Below the pieces are notes generated by a model. That model searched no databases. It saw only the letters and a list, made by a program, of their open reading frames with translations, and had not been told where the DNA came from. A DNA stretch of 64,000 nucleotides from the human T2T-CHM13v2.0 reference genome, Homo sapiens. The DNA is taken from NCBI RefSeq assembly GCF_009914755.1, contig NC_060934.1; one strand, written 5' to 3'. Below are positions 1-13,819 of the stretch, piece after piece (positions within the stretch are counted from its first letter, which is position 1; every line of letters begins with the position of its first letter). The position numbers were made by a program, and so were the translations under genes.

Positions 1-492
1 AGAAAACTGTCAACGTCTTTCTTTCTGACCAAAAAAGGTTTGGAGTGTGTACCATATCATAAAAAGCAGAGGCTAATAGCCCCTCAATGGCAGTAGACTG
101 TTATCCTTCCATGGGTAAATTCATTCTCAGAAGAAAGTCTTATATTTTTTCTGTGCCCTAGTACTTAATGCCTTACACGTAAAAAGCATTAATCTTTGTT
201 AGAGTGCATTAATCAAACCAATAGAGTTTAAATTTGTTAATTCTAGTCTTTAAGTCAATAATGCTGCATAGCAAACTGCAGACTATCTGTGGGCCACAAC
301 TATCCAAGTAAAGAAAAATTTTTCAGTTGATTTAGCTTTAGCTGTCTTCTTTGTAGCCTGTGGAGTACAAGGAGGGCAGATATATTTTGTCAAGGGGCCT
401 AGGGTGAAACTGAAAACTCTAAATTACCTTATAATTCAGACATAAAAACAATTCCACAAGTTTACCCTTTCAAATCATTTGGGAGCCATTAT

Positions 493-1784
493 CTTTTAAA
501 ATTTATTTTAGATTTGGAGGTACATGAGCTTGTTTGTTACGTGGGTATTACATGTATAACAGTGGGGGTTGGGCTTCCAGTGCACCCATCACCCAAATAT
601 TGGACATTGTACCCAGTAGGTAATTTTTCAACCCTCATTCCACCCCCTTTGGAGTCCCCAGAGTCTGTTTTCTCCATCTTTTTGTCCATTGTTTAGCTCC
701 CACTTATAAGTGAGACCATGTGATATTTTATTTTTTGCCTCTGTGTTAGTTCATTTAGGATAATGGCCTCCGGCTCCATCCATGTTGCTGCAGAGGACAT
801 TATTTCATTCTTTTTTATGACTATTTAGTATTCTATGGTGTGTATATACCACATTTTCTTTATCCAAACAACTATTGGTTAACCTTTAAGTTGGCTCCAT
901 GACTTTGCTAATGTAAATAGTGCTGCAATGAATATGTGAGTGCAGGTATACTTTTTACATGATTTCTTTTCCTTTGCATGGTTATCTAGTAGTGGGATTG
1001 CTGGGTTGATTGGTGGTTCTCTTTGTAGTTCTTTGAGATATCTCCATACTGTTTCTCATAGAGATTGAGCTAATTTAAATTCCCACAAACAATACATGAG
1101 CATTCTCTTTATCCATGTCAACATCTGTTGTTGTTGTCTTTTTTTTTTACTTTTTAATAAATACCATTTTGACTAATTTGAGATGATAGTTCAGTGTGGT
1201 TTTAATTTGCATTTTTCTGATAATTAGTGATGTTGAGCATTTTTTCATGTGTTGGCTGCTTGTATTTCTTCTTTTGAGAAATGTCTGTTCATGTACTTGG
1301 CCTAGTTTTCAATGGAGTTATTTTTTTCTTGTTGAGTTGTTTGAATTCCTTGTAGATTTTGGATATTAATATTTTGTTGGGGGCATAATTTGTAAACATT
1401 TTCTCCCATCCTGTAGGTTGTCTGTTTATTCCGTTGTTTCCTTTACTGTGGAGAAACTTTTTAGTTCAATTAAGTCCTATTTGTCTGTTTTTAATTTTTC
1501 TGCATTTGTTTTTGGGGTCTTTGTCATAAATACTTTTCCTAGGCTGATGTCCAAAAGAGTTTTCCCAAGTTTTCTTCTGGCATTTTTATAGTTCCAGGTC
1601 TTACACTTAGGTCTTTAATCCATGTTGAGTTAATTTTTGTATATGGTGAAAGATAGGGGTTCAGTTTCATTTTTCTGCCTATGGCTAGCCAGTTTTCCCA
1701 GTACCATTTATGGAATACGATGTCTTTTCTCCATTGTTTACTTTCGTCAGTTTTATTGAAGATCAGTTTGCTGTAGGTATGTGG
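493..1784 (-). mobile_element. 5'-truncated old primate LINE-1 3' end (L1PA15/16-L1PB-like)
   Basis: Reverse-complement L1 3'UTR and ORF2 end motifs (ctcccacttataagtgaga, tccatccatgttgctgca, gctagccagttttcccagtaccattta). TSD tgggagccattat at 480-492 and 1785-1797. Confidence 0.85.
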
Positions 1785-3801
1785 TGGGAGCCATTATTTT
1801 GACAAAGGCACTGAGGCTTTAGCAGTAAGAAAGAAAAGAGCCTTGAAATAGAAACATATAAATCTATCTAAGAGGTGGCAGCAAAAACAATCAATGATAG
1901 ATTTTGGCTTATATGGATTTTGCTGCTCATCTATAAGAAGGTAAGATCAGTGTCAGTTATACTATCTACTATGGTAGATTCACAGCCTCTTATGATGACA
2001 TGGGGCAAAGTCATAATGAGTGGTATATTAGGAAACTAGTGTGACTTCAACAAGACACGTAAAAATATTTTAGAAGTGTAAAACAAATTAAATGCTTGAT
2101 TTGTATATGTGACATCAGACAAACTGGTTTGACTGAATACATACTGATATATTTTCTAAAATAAACATGTGTTTGGGGTTCTATATATAAAGACACCCTT
2201 AAGAGACAGAATATATAAGGTGACTAATGAGGGCCTATAATGGTTCTATTGAGTATCATATTTATTTTGTATTGTTCTCTTTTCCTGCCTCCATCCACCC
2301 ACAAGGGCATTTGGCTATTATGGGACAAGAAATAAAAAAGAAAAAGAACTAGAAAGAGTGATTTATCCATGAATGTAAGACAGTAAAATAATATGAAACA
2401 AAAACCAGGGCAATGGAATGTAATATGTAGCAAGAATGAACTAAATGTGCATGGTCTATCTCTAAAGCTCAATTTTGCCAGGCAATGGCTTAGAATTTAA
2501 TTTTGAATTAGTCTGGTTCCTTGGAGTATTAGGACCTTTTCTGTAGGCTTAGTGTCCATGTAGTGTCTCGGTAGACTTAGCTTGTTTGTCTATGTATAAT
2601 TAAGGCCCCTTTATTCTTCAGTTTTATATCTTAATCAAATCACTATTTTTAGCTGCACAACATTTTTGTGAAGGAAAAATTAAATGCAATATAGAAATGT
2701 TCTGTAATAAGAGAACTATCAAATGTGGGACCAAAGAAATAATCTCCTTTATCACTACTGCAAGCATCAACTAAATCCATGCAAAGTTCTAAGTTTTGCT
2801 CTGTGAACATCTGAACTAAGGCTTATTTGTTGCATTTCATGGACTGTCAACATCTTCTACACCATGAAAGATTACCCCATGATCTGTCTCACAAAATGTG
2901 TGAATCCATAGATACTGTGTGGATATATGACACGTATCATAAATAGAAAATCTTATTATCAAGCTTCATGACAATTCCTGATTTAAATGTGTAAGTAATC
3001 ATAGAGTAACCAAGAGACTATATAAAATGTAACTACAATGCAGCAGTTATTTCATTTGCAGTGTTATGCATAATTAGCTTTAATATCATTCATGATCTGT
3101 AAAAATGAGACCTGTAGGCATTTTTTTCAGCTTAGAAGTACAAAACTTCAAGAAGGCTGTTGTAAGGAATAATAAATAAAAGTTATTATGAAGAAATTTA
3201 TGAATATGAATAGCTATACACTCAAATGTAATCAAAGATCATTTTTGCATGTGAATAAACTGGTAATTTATTTATAAGTACTTACTTGCAATCAAACAGT
3301 TCAGATGGCGATAGAACAGCTCTATTGTGATCAGACCACCCCAGTTATAATGTTTTTAGTTCTGGACATTATATTTTAAGAGGCAAATACATATATATCT
3401 ATATATAGAGATATATACATATACATATATATATATATGTACATGGCTGTCACGTGACAAAGAATTAACTGTTCTCTGTGTTTTTGAGACAAGGAAACAT
3501 TGACAGTGGGAAGAAGTTTTTGGTTCCATATAATGAGACTACTAGAGTTCACTGTAGATAGAATAGGCTACCTCAAGAGGAAATACTTTTCTAGTTGCTA
3601 TACATATTGACATACATACAACTTGACTTAGCTATTGTGGAGAAGTTTCATACATATGAATGGCAGTGGTAAAAGAAATCTTCCACTCTTGAGAGCATTT
3701 GACAGCTTTACGAAAATTATATGTGACTATAACACAAATTGGAACAATAAAGTCTCATTTGTGTGTCCTAATAATGGGAACCTTTATTAAGAATAGCAGA
3801 A

Positions 3802-4103
3802 GGTCATCCCATTGTCTCTTGGTATCCATAGGAAATTGGTTTCAGGACCCCCTGAGGATATCAAAATCCACAAATGATCAAGTCTCTGATATAACATGGG
3901 GTAGTACTTGTGTAAAACCTATTGCACAGACTCCCATGTATTTTAAATCATCTCTAGATTACTTATAATACCTACCATGATAGAAAAAAGTCTGTTTGTA
4001 CATATTCAGTACAGGTGAAACCATCTATTTGAAAAAAATATTTTCATCTATGGTTGCTTGAATCCACCAATGTAGAACCCACAGTTACAGAGGGCCAACT
4101 GTA
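3802..4103. mobile_element. MER2-like TcMar-Tigger DNA transposon remnant
   Basis: ggtatccata..ggtttcaggaccccc..caaaatccac and terminal gagggccaactgta resemble MER2. Confidence 0.7.
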
Positions 4104-5899
4104 GTCTTCTGTCTCCATGGCCCTCACTATTGCTACATTTTAATTGAAATCCCTCCCATGATTAGCTAGTGAGCTATATAATGTGGTCTCCCTTGCTAAG
4201 AATAGTTAACCAGAAACAACTCCATTTATATGCAGTCTAAGAAAACAGCAGTCATTTGGAGAAGAGTAAGATGATGGCAAGGACAGTGTTTCTCATTGTA
4301 TCGTAACAAGAAACCTAATGGCTACTCAATAAGGTACATCAACTTCACACATATATACACATATACATCCATGCATACATAGTATTGAATCATCATTCAG
4401 TAGATGTTATTGGCAGACTAATCTCTTTAATAAGCTTCTACTCACTCTGAAGTTTCTCTCATCATGAATCTTGAAGCAGGCCTACTTTGAATGGAATCTG
4501 GAAAGTTTAACTCCAATTGAATGCAGTGTGGTAGTTTTGTTTACACAAATAATACAGAGGAAAGTCTCCAGGCAAGATGTGGCTGTTAAATTAGCCTTTC
4601 TTATCAAACTAATGAGTGTATGGCAGATGTGAGATACATAACATCACCACTGTTACAGTACAAATTAAGAGTGGGTTGGGGAATGTACAGAAAAATGAAA
4701 AGGCTTTTCAAAATCCTATAGACATTTGTTTTAGCTTAGAAAGAACTCTGGGAAACTAAAATGTGTTCATCATTATAAAAGTCACAGCTTTAATTCTGCT
4801 GAGATAAAAATCCTTGAGAAAAACCCATCAGGAAATTTCTGTGGTTATATTTAAGGAGATACTAACTAAATTAGGGTTTCAAAAGAGCAGTTTTGAACTG
4901 CATGCCAGAGAAATAGACTAGAGGTCCTGTTTTTCAGTAATGTAAAGAGCTAAGAGGATTAATTTTAGCCTGGTGGAAAACTCAAAACTAGAAAGATATA
5001 TCTGTGAAGGCAAGAACAACCTGGAATATGGGGCAAACTAATTGTGTCTATATCCTTATAGCTCTGCTCACTGTATAGTTTATTTCCAAGATTACCTGAC
5101 AAGGTACTTAGGGAGGGCTGTGTACTTGAACACAGTTTGAGAATGCTTCACTCTAATAGATAGTGAATAGGAGGGGCAGGACCAGAGAGGAGAAGAAGAG
5201 AAAAACTCCCAGAGTGGTTGTCTGTAGAGAGGTTCTTTCTTCTCTATCCTTCCCAAGATTTCTTACCCCAGCCCCTTCAACACTAACTCCTTTCAAATTT
5301 TGACTACTGTCAGCAGAGGATATTCCAAGACAGGTTACTCTGAGAGCCATTTTAATTTAGCTTTGTTTATTCACAAACATAAAACAGCAACAACTAAAGT
5401 TGTTGCTTTCTTTCTTAAGGATAATCTGTGTAAAACTGGAAACTAACAATTGTGTTTTAAACACTGGGAAAGTCTACACAATATATTTTTCTTCATGTGC
5501 CATATGATACTGTACTATACTATTAATATTTATAGTATATACATGTCAGTATTATGACAATTTAATCTTTTAAAATATCAAAAAAAAGAAAGGACCACTA
5601 ATGTTTGTGATTTTTTTTTTTACAATCTCAGAAACACAGTAGCATAACATCACTCTCTCAAGTCCATTTTCTTTCCATACCCAGTTAAACTATCCTGGTT
5701 TATAATCTTACAGTTTCTTGCTGGAATGATAATAATCTCTTCTAAACTCTAGCCTTCTTTCAATTCTACTCACTCTATGAGACATAGGCAGATTAATCTT
5801 CATATTACTGCTTTGTAATTGTCACATACCTGCCTTAAAAGCTTCGGTAGCTCAGTATTAACTACGGTACACAAATAGCCATTGTACCTTATTGAGCAA

Positions 5900-6700
5900 G
5901 TTCTGATTAACAAAGTGTTTTAGTGGGTTGGTCTTAGAAGCAGCATAAAGAGAGGTAGGAAGACTATATACATGGTAATTTCAATAATGTTAAAATCGTG
6001 AGAATATGGCAGTAGTGTTACTAATTCAGAAAAAGGCACATATCCAAGAAACAGTGAAAAATTGTAATGATTTTGATGATTGTTTGATTTAAAGAGAAAA
6101 AGAGAAAATCAGAAAGTTGGGTAATATAAGCTAAGAAGATACTGCTCCCAGTAACTATAATGCGTGAAATTAGAAAAAGAAATTAGTTTGGGGAAGTAAT
6201 TGATTAATTAGAAATGATTATAGGAATGCAAATAAAAATTTTCATTAGACAGTCAGAAATAGGGCAATGGCTTTTGTTTAGAGATAGGGAGTTGAGACAG
6301 GAATCTGACAATAAAGGTGAGAATTTAAACATTAAGAGGAAATTAAAATTCATGAGAATTCATGAATTCTCAGAGGAAACAGTTTTAAACAGAAAAGAAC
6401 ATAATGTCAAAGGTTGAACTTTAAAGTACACCTACACTCAAGGGGGTAGCATAGAAGCTAGAGTTGATAAACAGGAAGCACACATATCAGAAGAGATCCA
6501 GTAGAGTTTAGCACTACAGAAGTTCAGCAGAAATAAACTGCTGAAATATCAAAGAGGATGCAGATGATAAAAGGCCTTTACATTTGGTGATATGAAAATC
6601 TTACCAAATCCAAATGACATTTGAAGAGTAAGCAGGGTGCTGAAGATTGCTGATACATTGTATGAGGATAAAAAGTAAATGGAAGCAATGAATACCACGT
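5900..6700. mobile_element. Degraded L2-like fragments
   Basis: Purine-rich degenerate L2-like motifs; boundaries approximate. Confidence 0.35.
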
Positions 6701-7044
6701 TTATAGCACTTCACATTTTATAATGGGCCCCTTCCATACATTAGAATATTAAAATTGGACAATAACTGGTTCAAGTAAGATAGTTTTTAAAATCAAGGAG
6801 ATTTGGCAATGTAAAAAGAGAAAGAAAAGAGAGTCCGGAGAAAGAGAAAGACTGAAGAAGCTAGAGGGGAGAAAAATAGGAAGCTATGTCTATCCTGCAG
6901 TACACAGGCACTGAATGAAGAGCACAGATGAGGGAAGGAGAAGTGACAAGTTACCGGATCCTACTGAGCTAAAGATAAGAGCAAATGAGCAACTTCATTC
7001 TGCCTTCATTTTTCCCCCCAGGAAAGAGAGGGTGGGATCATTTT

Positions 7045-9200
7045 AAATTTTAAAAAATATTTTGACTGATAAAAATTACATGTATTTAGGATATACCTTT
7101 GGGTATATACCCAACAGAGGGATTGTTGGATCATGTATTATATTTTTAATTTTTGGAGGAACCCTCATACTGTTTTCTACAATGGCTGTACTAATTCACA
7201 TTCTCACCAACAATGTGCAGGGTTTTCTTTGCTCCACAGCCTCTCCAACACTCGTTATCTTTTGTCTTGTCAATTAATAGCTCTTTTAACAGGTGTGAGG
7301 TAATATATTATGGTTTTAATTTAGATTTTTCTGACATTTAGTGATTTTGAGCATTTTTCATATACCTGTTGAACATTGGTACGTCTTCTTTTGACAAATG
7401 TCTATTTAAATCGGGCTGTTTTCATAAATCGGGACTGTTTCCAATTGAGTTGTTTGCGTTTGTTATATATTTTGGTTAGTAGCCCCTTTTAGGACGTATG
7501 GTCTGCAAACAATTTTTCCCCATTCCATAGGTTGTCTCTTCATTCTGTTTATTGTTTTCTTGGCTCTGCAGAAGCCTTTTAGTTTAATGTAATTTCATTT
7601 GTCTATTTTTGCTTTTGCTGTTTGTGTCTTTGGGTTTATGCCCCACCCCCCCCCGCAATTACCAATGTCATGAAGCTTTTCCCGTTTCCTCCTATTAGTT
7701 TTATAGTTTCAGGTATTTAAGTATTTAACTCATTTTTAGTTGATTTTTCTATGGTGTGAAATAAAGGTCTAATTTCATTTTTCCACATGTGGATATCCAG
7801 TTACCCCAAAACCATTTATTGAGGAGACTGTCCTTTCCTTATTGTGTGTTCTTGGCACCTTTGTCAAAAATCAGTTGACTAAATACATGGATTTATTTTG
7901 GGTCTCTATTCTGTTCCACTGGTCTATGTGTCCATTTAATGCCAGTAACATGCTGCTTTAATTACTCTAACTTTGTAATATAGTTTGAAATCAGGAACTG
8001 TGATGCCTCTGGCTTCGCTGTTGCTCAAGACTACTTTAGCTCTTCAGTTTGTGTGTGTGTGTGTGTGTGGTTTCATGTACATTTTAGGATTGTTTTTTCT
8101 ATTTCTGTGAAACGCCTTTGGAATTTTGATAGAGATTGCATTGAGTCTGTAGGTTGCTTTGGACAGTGTGGATATTTTAACACTATTAATCTTTCCAATC
8201 TATCAAGGTGGGATATCTTTCCATTTACTTGTGTATTTTACAATTTGTTTCATCAATATTTTACAGTTTTCATTGTACAGATCTTTCATATCATCGGTTT
8301 AACTTACTTTAGGTATTTTATTCTTTTTGATGCTATTGTAAATGGAATTGTTTTCTTGATTTTCAAAAAGTTTGCTGTTTTGTTGCTGTTGTATAAAAAC
8401 ACCACTGATTTTTGTATGCCAACTTTGTATCCTGCACCTTTACTGAATTTTTAAGTTCTAAGAGTTTTTTGGTGGAGTCTTTATGATTTTCCATATATAA
8501 GATCATGTCATCTGCAAACAGAGATAATTTTTCTTCCTTTCCTATTTGCATGCCTTTTTTCATTTTCTTGCCTAATTGTTCTGGCTAGGATTTCCAGTAA
8601 TATGTTGAATAGAAGTGGTGGGAATGGGCATTCTTATTTTATTCTTGATCTTAGAAGAAAAGCTTTCAATATTTTTTTTTTTTTTTGCGACGGAGTCTCG
8701 TTCTGTTGCCCAGGCTAGAGTGCAGTGGCGTGATCTCAGCTCACTGCAAGCTTCGCCTTCTGGGTTCAGGAGCCATTCTCCTGCCTCAGCCTCCTGAGTA
8801 GCTGGGACTACAGGCGTCCACCACCACGTCCAGCTAATTTTTTGTATTTTTAGTAGAGACGGGGTTTCACCGTGTTAGCCAGGATGGTCTCGATCTCCTG
8901 GCCTTGTGATCCACCCACCTCAGCCTCCCAAAGTGCTGGGATTACAGGCATGAACCACCAAAAGCTTTCAATTTTTCACGATTAAGCATGATATTAGCTA
9001 TGGGCTTGCCATACATAGTCTTTACTGTGTTGAGATGCATTCCTTCAATGCCTAATTTGTTAACGGTTTTTATCTTGAAAAGATGTTAAACATTGTTGAC
9101 TTCCTTTTCTGCATTTACTGATATGATCATATGGTTTTTGTCCTATAGTCTGTTAATATGGTATATCATATTTATTTATTTGTATGTTAAATCATCCTTG
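7045..9200 (-). mobile_element. Old L1 (L1MA/MB-like) ORF2 3' part, interrupted by an Alu
   Basis: Minus-strand ORF 8363-8563 translates to an RT fragment ([14 protein letters not shown]). L1 motifs run throughout. Confidence 0.85.
8671..8959 (-). mobile_element. AluY, slightly 5'-truncated, inserted in the L1
   Basis: AluY diagnostics (ctgcaagct, accgtgttagccaggatggtctcgatc). TSD aaaagctttcaat at 8658-8670 and 8960-8972. Confidence 0.9.
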
Positions 9201-9699
9201 TGTTTTAAAATCCTCAATACATTAAACCATAAAGATAGTCTAAATATGAAAGTTCTCAGTTTTTAAGAAGTTATGAAACTATTTCCATAAATTTGTACTG
9301 TAAAATTAACCAAATATGCTTTCTTAATGTCGTTTTGGTGTCCTACAGTAATAATATCCTAACTTTTGGGGGTGCTTTATAGTTCGTAATAATACTTTTA
9401 TATGCATTATGTTACTTGATCTTCACAAGTCCCAATACTTCTTGAGTCAGGACAAACAATTTAGAATATTTGGATTGCTTTCAACTGTGTTTCTATTGAT
9501 TATGAGTTTTCCTTTGCCCTTCCATTTACAATAGGGCTTAGGAAAAGTTTCCATAGTGTTATGAGAGGAAATAAGATGCACTCATTTATTATGCATTTTG
9601 TGGAGTTTGTTTCTGTTTGGTTTTGGTTCTTGGCACCCTCTGCGAGTCATAAAATCCTTAGTTGTGCCAGGGGTTGTGGGTCATTTTATTATGAATAAG

Positions 9700-10200
9700 A
9701 TAGACCTATGGACTAGCCTACCAAAAGGACTGTGTAGCCTACTTTGATAAAATCCTAGGCTAGCTGGAGCAATATAACTAAATACATTCGAAGTATCGGA
9801 GTTCACTAAAATAATTCAGCAAATTGTCCTAAGTATCTTCTCTTTGCAAATACTATAATATGTGCTTAAAATCTACAGTATCACAGGAGAAATAAGAAAT
9901 GTTCACAGAAGTGATACAGGATTTTTATGTCTTTGCAAGCTCAGAATATGTGAGCAGAGCGATATTATTGTCAAAAAAACTAATGGGCTCCTGGGCTGCA
10001 TTACAAGATGTCTGGCACACACAACAAAGATGGTGTTACTCTACTGTGCTTTCTTTTATATTCTTATTATATTTCCACACCTGGTGTGTTTACCTATGGA
10101 CTCAGAAAAATTGGAGTTATCTAGAAGAGAGTGTGTAGAGTGACAGAGGGACTCAAAACAATGGGATATCACAAACATTTGCAAAAACCGTGAGTATTTA
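9700..10200 (+). mobile_element. L3/CR1 fragment
   Basis: gtcaaaaaaactaatgggctcctgggctgcattac resembles the conserved CR1 RT 3' block; boundaries approximate. Confidence 0.5.
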
Positions 10201-11253
10201 GGCAGATATTTGAATATATATGTATAATAGGAAGGATTATTATTCTGTATCACGAACAAATCGGAAAATTAAGGCCTTTGTAGTGCTCTTATAGGAGATA
10301 TGTTTGGGCTCAGAATGCGAAAGACTTTGGATAACTTCATGAGGATTTTAATTTAATATTTATTAGGAGATAAATAACTTCTTGTCAAGGGCTTTGACAT
10401 TGGATAAGGTATTGAATTAGATATATTTAAGTCCCTAAAATTTGATTCTGATTCTTCATGTACATTAATAACTTATAAATCATAACATGATGTCTGTAAC
10501 AGAACTATAAAGCCCCACAGAAATACAACATAAAGGTTTTTGACAGAGGGAATCATTTCAAAAGAATGTAGCATACGAGTTGGGGCTCGGATGATTGGTA
10601 GGATTTTGATTGTAATAGCAGACATCTCAAGCTAATGATTAAGTGATGTTGAGTGTATGGGGATTGCAACTACACTGCAATTTAGGTACAAAAAGGTAGA
10701 ATTTTCATTTTGTCTAAACTGATTCGATCATCTTCATGAAATCTCAGTCACTGACAAACGGGAGGGGAAATAATGTGTTTTTATTCTAACCCAGAAACCT
10801 GGGTTCATTCAGTATTTTAAGCAGTTCCTTAAAGTTCAAGTTTATTACGTTAAGACCCTCAGTCTCTAAGATTTCCACCTTTCCCCTACATCCTATTTTA
10901 GATAGTATCTGGAAATATCAGATATCCCTAGATACCATTACCTGAGGCATTGGGACAAAGGGTCATTTGGTTTGAACAGGTTCTTCTGCCTCCTCTGGTC
11001 TCTGAGGTGACATTCCTCATATGTCTAGTTGCTTCTGGTCTTTCACTTGAAGTTGGTAGCTAGAGAAACTCATGGTCTGTGCTTCAGGGCCTTGCGGCCA
11101 TCTCTGACGGACGGGTCTCAACTCTTTGGTACTTTAGACATCCCTGGTCTAGAAGGTCCACTCCATAGCCTTTGCTAAAGTGTCACCTTGCTCTTTTAAC
11201 AAAAAACTTCAGGGAAGATTGGATAGCTCTCAACTCAACCACGTTCTGAGTAC

Positions 11254-11877
11254 TGTTGGAGCCAAGAGAACACTTCCGCTTAGCCCTCTGAAGGTTAGGT
11301 GAAAATTACTGACAAGAGGCAGATGAAGAGGAGAAAAGGCATACAAATTTATTTGATCATAGCTTTACATGAAATTTGAACACCACATTTCCAACATAAG
11401 CCTTCAGAATGAAGACCAAAGACACAGGGAAAATTGACCATTTTAATCCTTAGGTTCAACAAGGTATGAACAGTCATGAAGAAATATGACTGGACAAAAG
11501 GGATATGACCTAATACTAATAGATTGAGTAGGGAAACCCAGAAAGGCCTGTCTGTCTAGATTCTTCTTGACCTGTCTGAGCATGCACTTCTTCCTTTTGG
11601 CTATGTGGCAGGGCCCTCTCTGGAATGAGGATCTTATGACCTTCAGTTAAACAAGGTAGGTAAGATAATTTCTTTATGGCCAGTTTTTACACAGAAAAGC
11701 AGAAGAAAAATTAGAGTAATATTTTCAGATTTTATGGCTGGCTTTGGGGAAAAGGAATTGTGGTTTCTATAACCCACGTTGGGGAACAGGGATTCTAGTT
11801 TCTTATAGCTAGCCTCAGGGGAAAATGAGACTGAGAGGCTGAAGGTCAGAAGATGAGAGGAAAAACTTTTACTTCTG

Positions 11878-11921
<44 letters not shown>

Positions 11922-11956
11922 TGGAGGAGGGGAGTATTGTTTTCTGAGTCTCAACA
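11254..11956 (-). mobile_element. Solo ERV1 LTR (MER31/MER67-group-like) with an internal T40 run
   Basis: TG...CA ends. 4-bp TSD gtac at 11250-11253 and 11957-11960. The motif gagaaaaggcatacaaatttat is nearly identical in the LTR at 33185. Confidence 0.8.
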
Positions 11957-13819
11957 GTACATAGAAACTTACAGCACTCTGGAAAGTCAATGCCTACCCT
12001 GTCTCCGCCCTGTTCAAGGTTACTGGAATGTGGTTCCTGCTCAGCCTGATATCTTCCCAGATATCTGAGAATTGGGAAAGTAATTTCTCTGTCCTTGAGT
12101 TTTCCCACACCAATCTGGATATTTCTAAAGCCACAACCCCTCACCCTACATCTTCAGGGTGGGAACAGTAAAAATGTTTCTGGTGTCTTTCTTGAGCTCT
12201 TCTACCCCTTTCCCGTAATTCTCCAAGCCAAAGAGAATAGGATTTTCTTCTACTTTACCTACTTCATAGCCACCACCTTCCTTATATCAATCTCTGACTA
12301 AATCCTTCATACTGGACTAAGATACCTTGTCTTTACTATGGGAGAAACCCTATCATTTGGTCCACCAGGCCTAGCCTTGATATGTTGAACCATAAACAAA
12401 TTTACATTTTATGTCTTGACAATGCCTCGATTTGAAGCCTAAAAACTCGATTTAAAAAATCCTATATTTAATATCGAAAGTTAAAAAGTAAATATTTCTT
12501 TTGTATTTTTTATACAAGAATCCAAATCCTCAGCAGAAAGGTGCCTTGGATTGATTAAGTTGTATACCCAGAAAGTGACATTAATACACTTCTTGAAACA
12601 TTACCCTTTCCGATTACACAAATATTCTAGCCGACAAATCTGATCATGCTAATTTCCTATTTAAAGCCTTTTTAATAATTTCTCATTCCCTTAAGATAAA
12701 ATCATTTTGGAGATCTTCCTGACCATCTAACCTAGGTTATAAACCTCGTGCGTGCTTCTACAAGCTCCCATACTTCCTCTTTCTTAACACCCATCCTACT
12801 TTTACTTTTTCAATATATATCTTTCTTGATAAATTTGAACTCCAAATTTTCAACACATAGCACAGTGTCCTGGACATAGGTGCTTCATAAATATTTGCAT
12901 GAGTTTGAATTAAATGCATGTCGTATTTCTTACTTGAAAATCAGTAAATTGTTATTCTAGTTTACACAGTTCCTTTTTTTTGAGATTTATAAATTTGAGA
13001 CTACTCTAAAAAATGAACCCACTGTTGGGCTTACAATACCAATTTCTAGTTCTACAGAGCCAGGCTTTCGAACACAGAAAATTCACCAGTAAGTACTTTC
13101 TTGTCATATCCTTTGACAGGTAATAATTTACCCTCTCCTTGGGGACACCCCTACCTTAAGACAAGAATTCTTTCAAACTTCAAAAACATCCATCTTCATT
13201 AATAAGTTCATAATGAAGACTTTTCACTTTAAGATGCCTAATTATCTTTCACAGATATTTATGAAATTTCAATTGTGCCAAGATTTTTCACAGGCTTATT
13301 TTACTTTAAGCTGGTCCTTCCATTTATTGAAGCTTCAATTAATTAGACTTCATCATGTTATAGCTAAATGGATGTGACTAGAAAGAGCAGCATACAGACA
13401 TCTATGTGTAAACTGTTACTTGTTGGTTAACATTTATGTTTGAAATGGAAAATCAATAAAAGGGAACTTATATTAATTTATAAGCACATTAAGAAAAGAG
13501 GGGACACTATTTTTGATCCCAAGATAGCAACAAAACTAAAAACTTTTCCAAAGAAGCAAACGGGAACAGAGGTCAATAGGCTGTGACCTCTATTTTATGT
13601 TTAAAACGTTTGCACATCCACTAAGTGCACTGCAGAATCTTAAATGCAATTAAAATCAATGGGCATACAAGTTATAGAGTAGCTTGAGGAAGCACAAGTC
13701 AATCTTCATTAGCTATTGTAGCAAAGATTCCTTCCAAATCCATGGGAGCAGGTGCTGTTTATACTCCCTTCATTGACGCCCAGAACAATGGCATAGGGTG
13801 AGCATTGAATACTTATTTG

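Noticed and set aside
10900-11250. Exon-like, moderately GC-rich stretch with a possible minus-strand donor (cag|gtaatg)
   Set aside because: No convincing ORF or homology that I can recognise. It may be an old LTR or a lncRNA exon, but this cannot be supported from sequence alone.
11643-12144. Poly-Lys / poly-Phe ORFs
   Set aside because: Artefacts of the T40 run inside an LTR.
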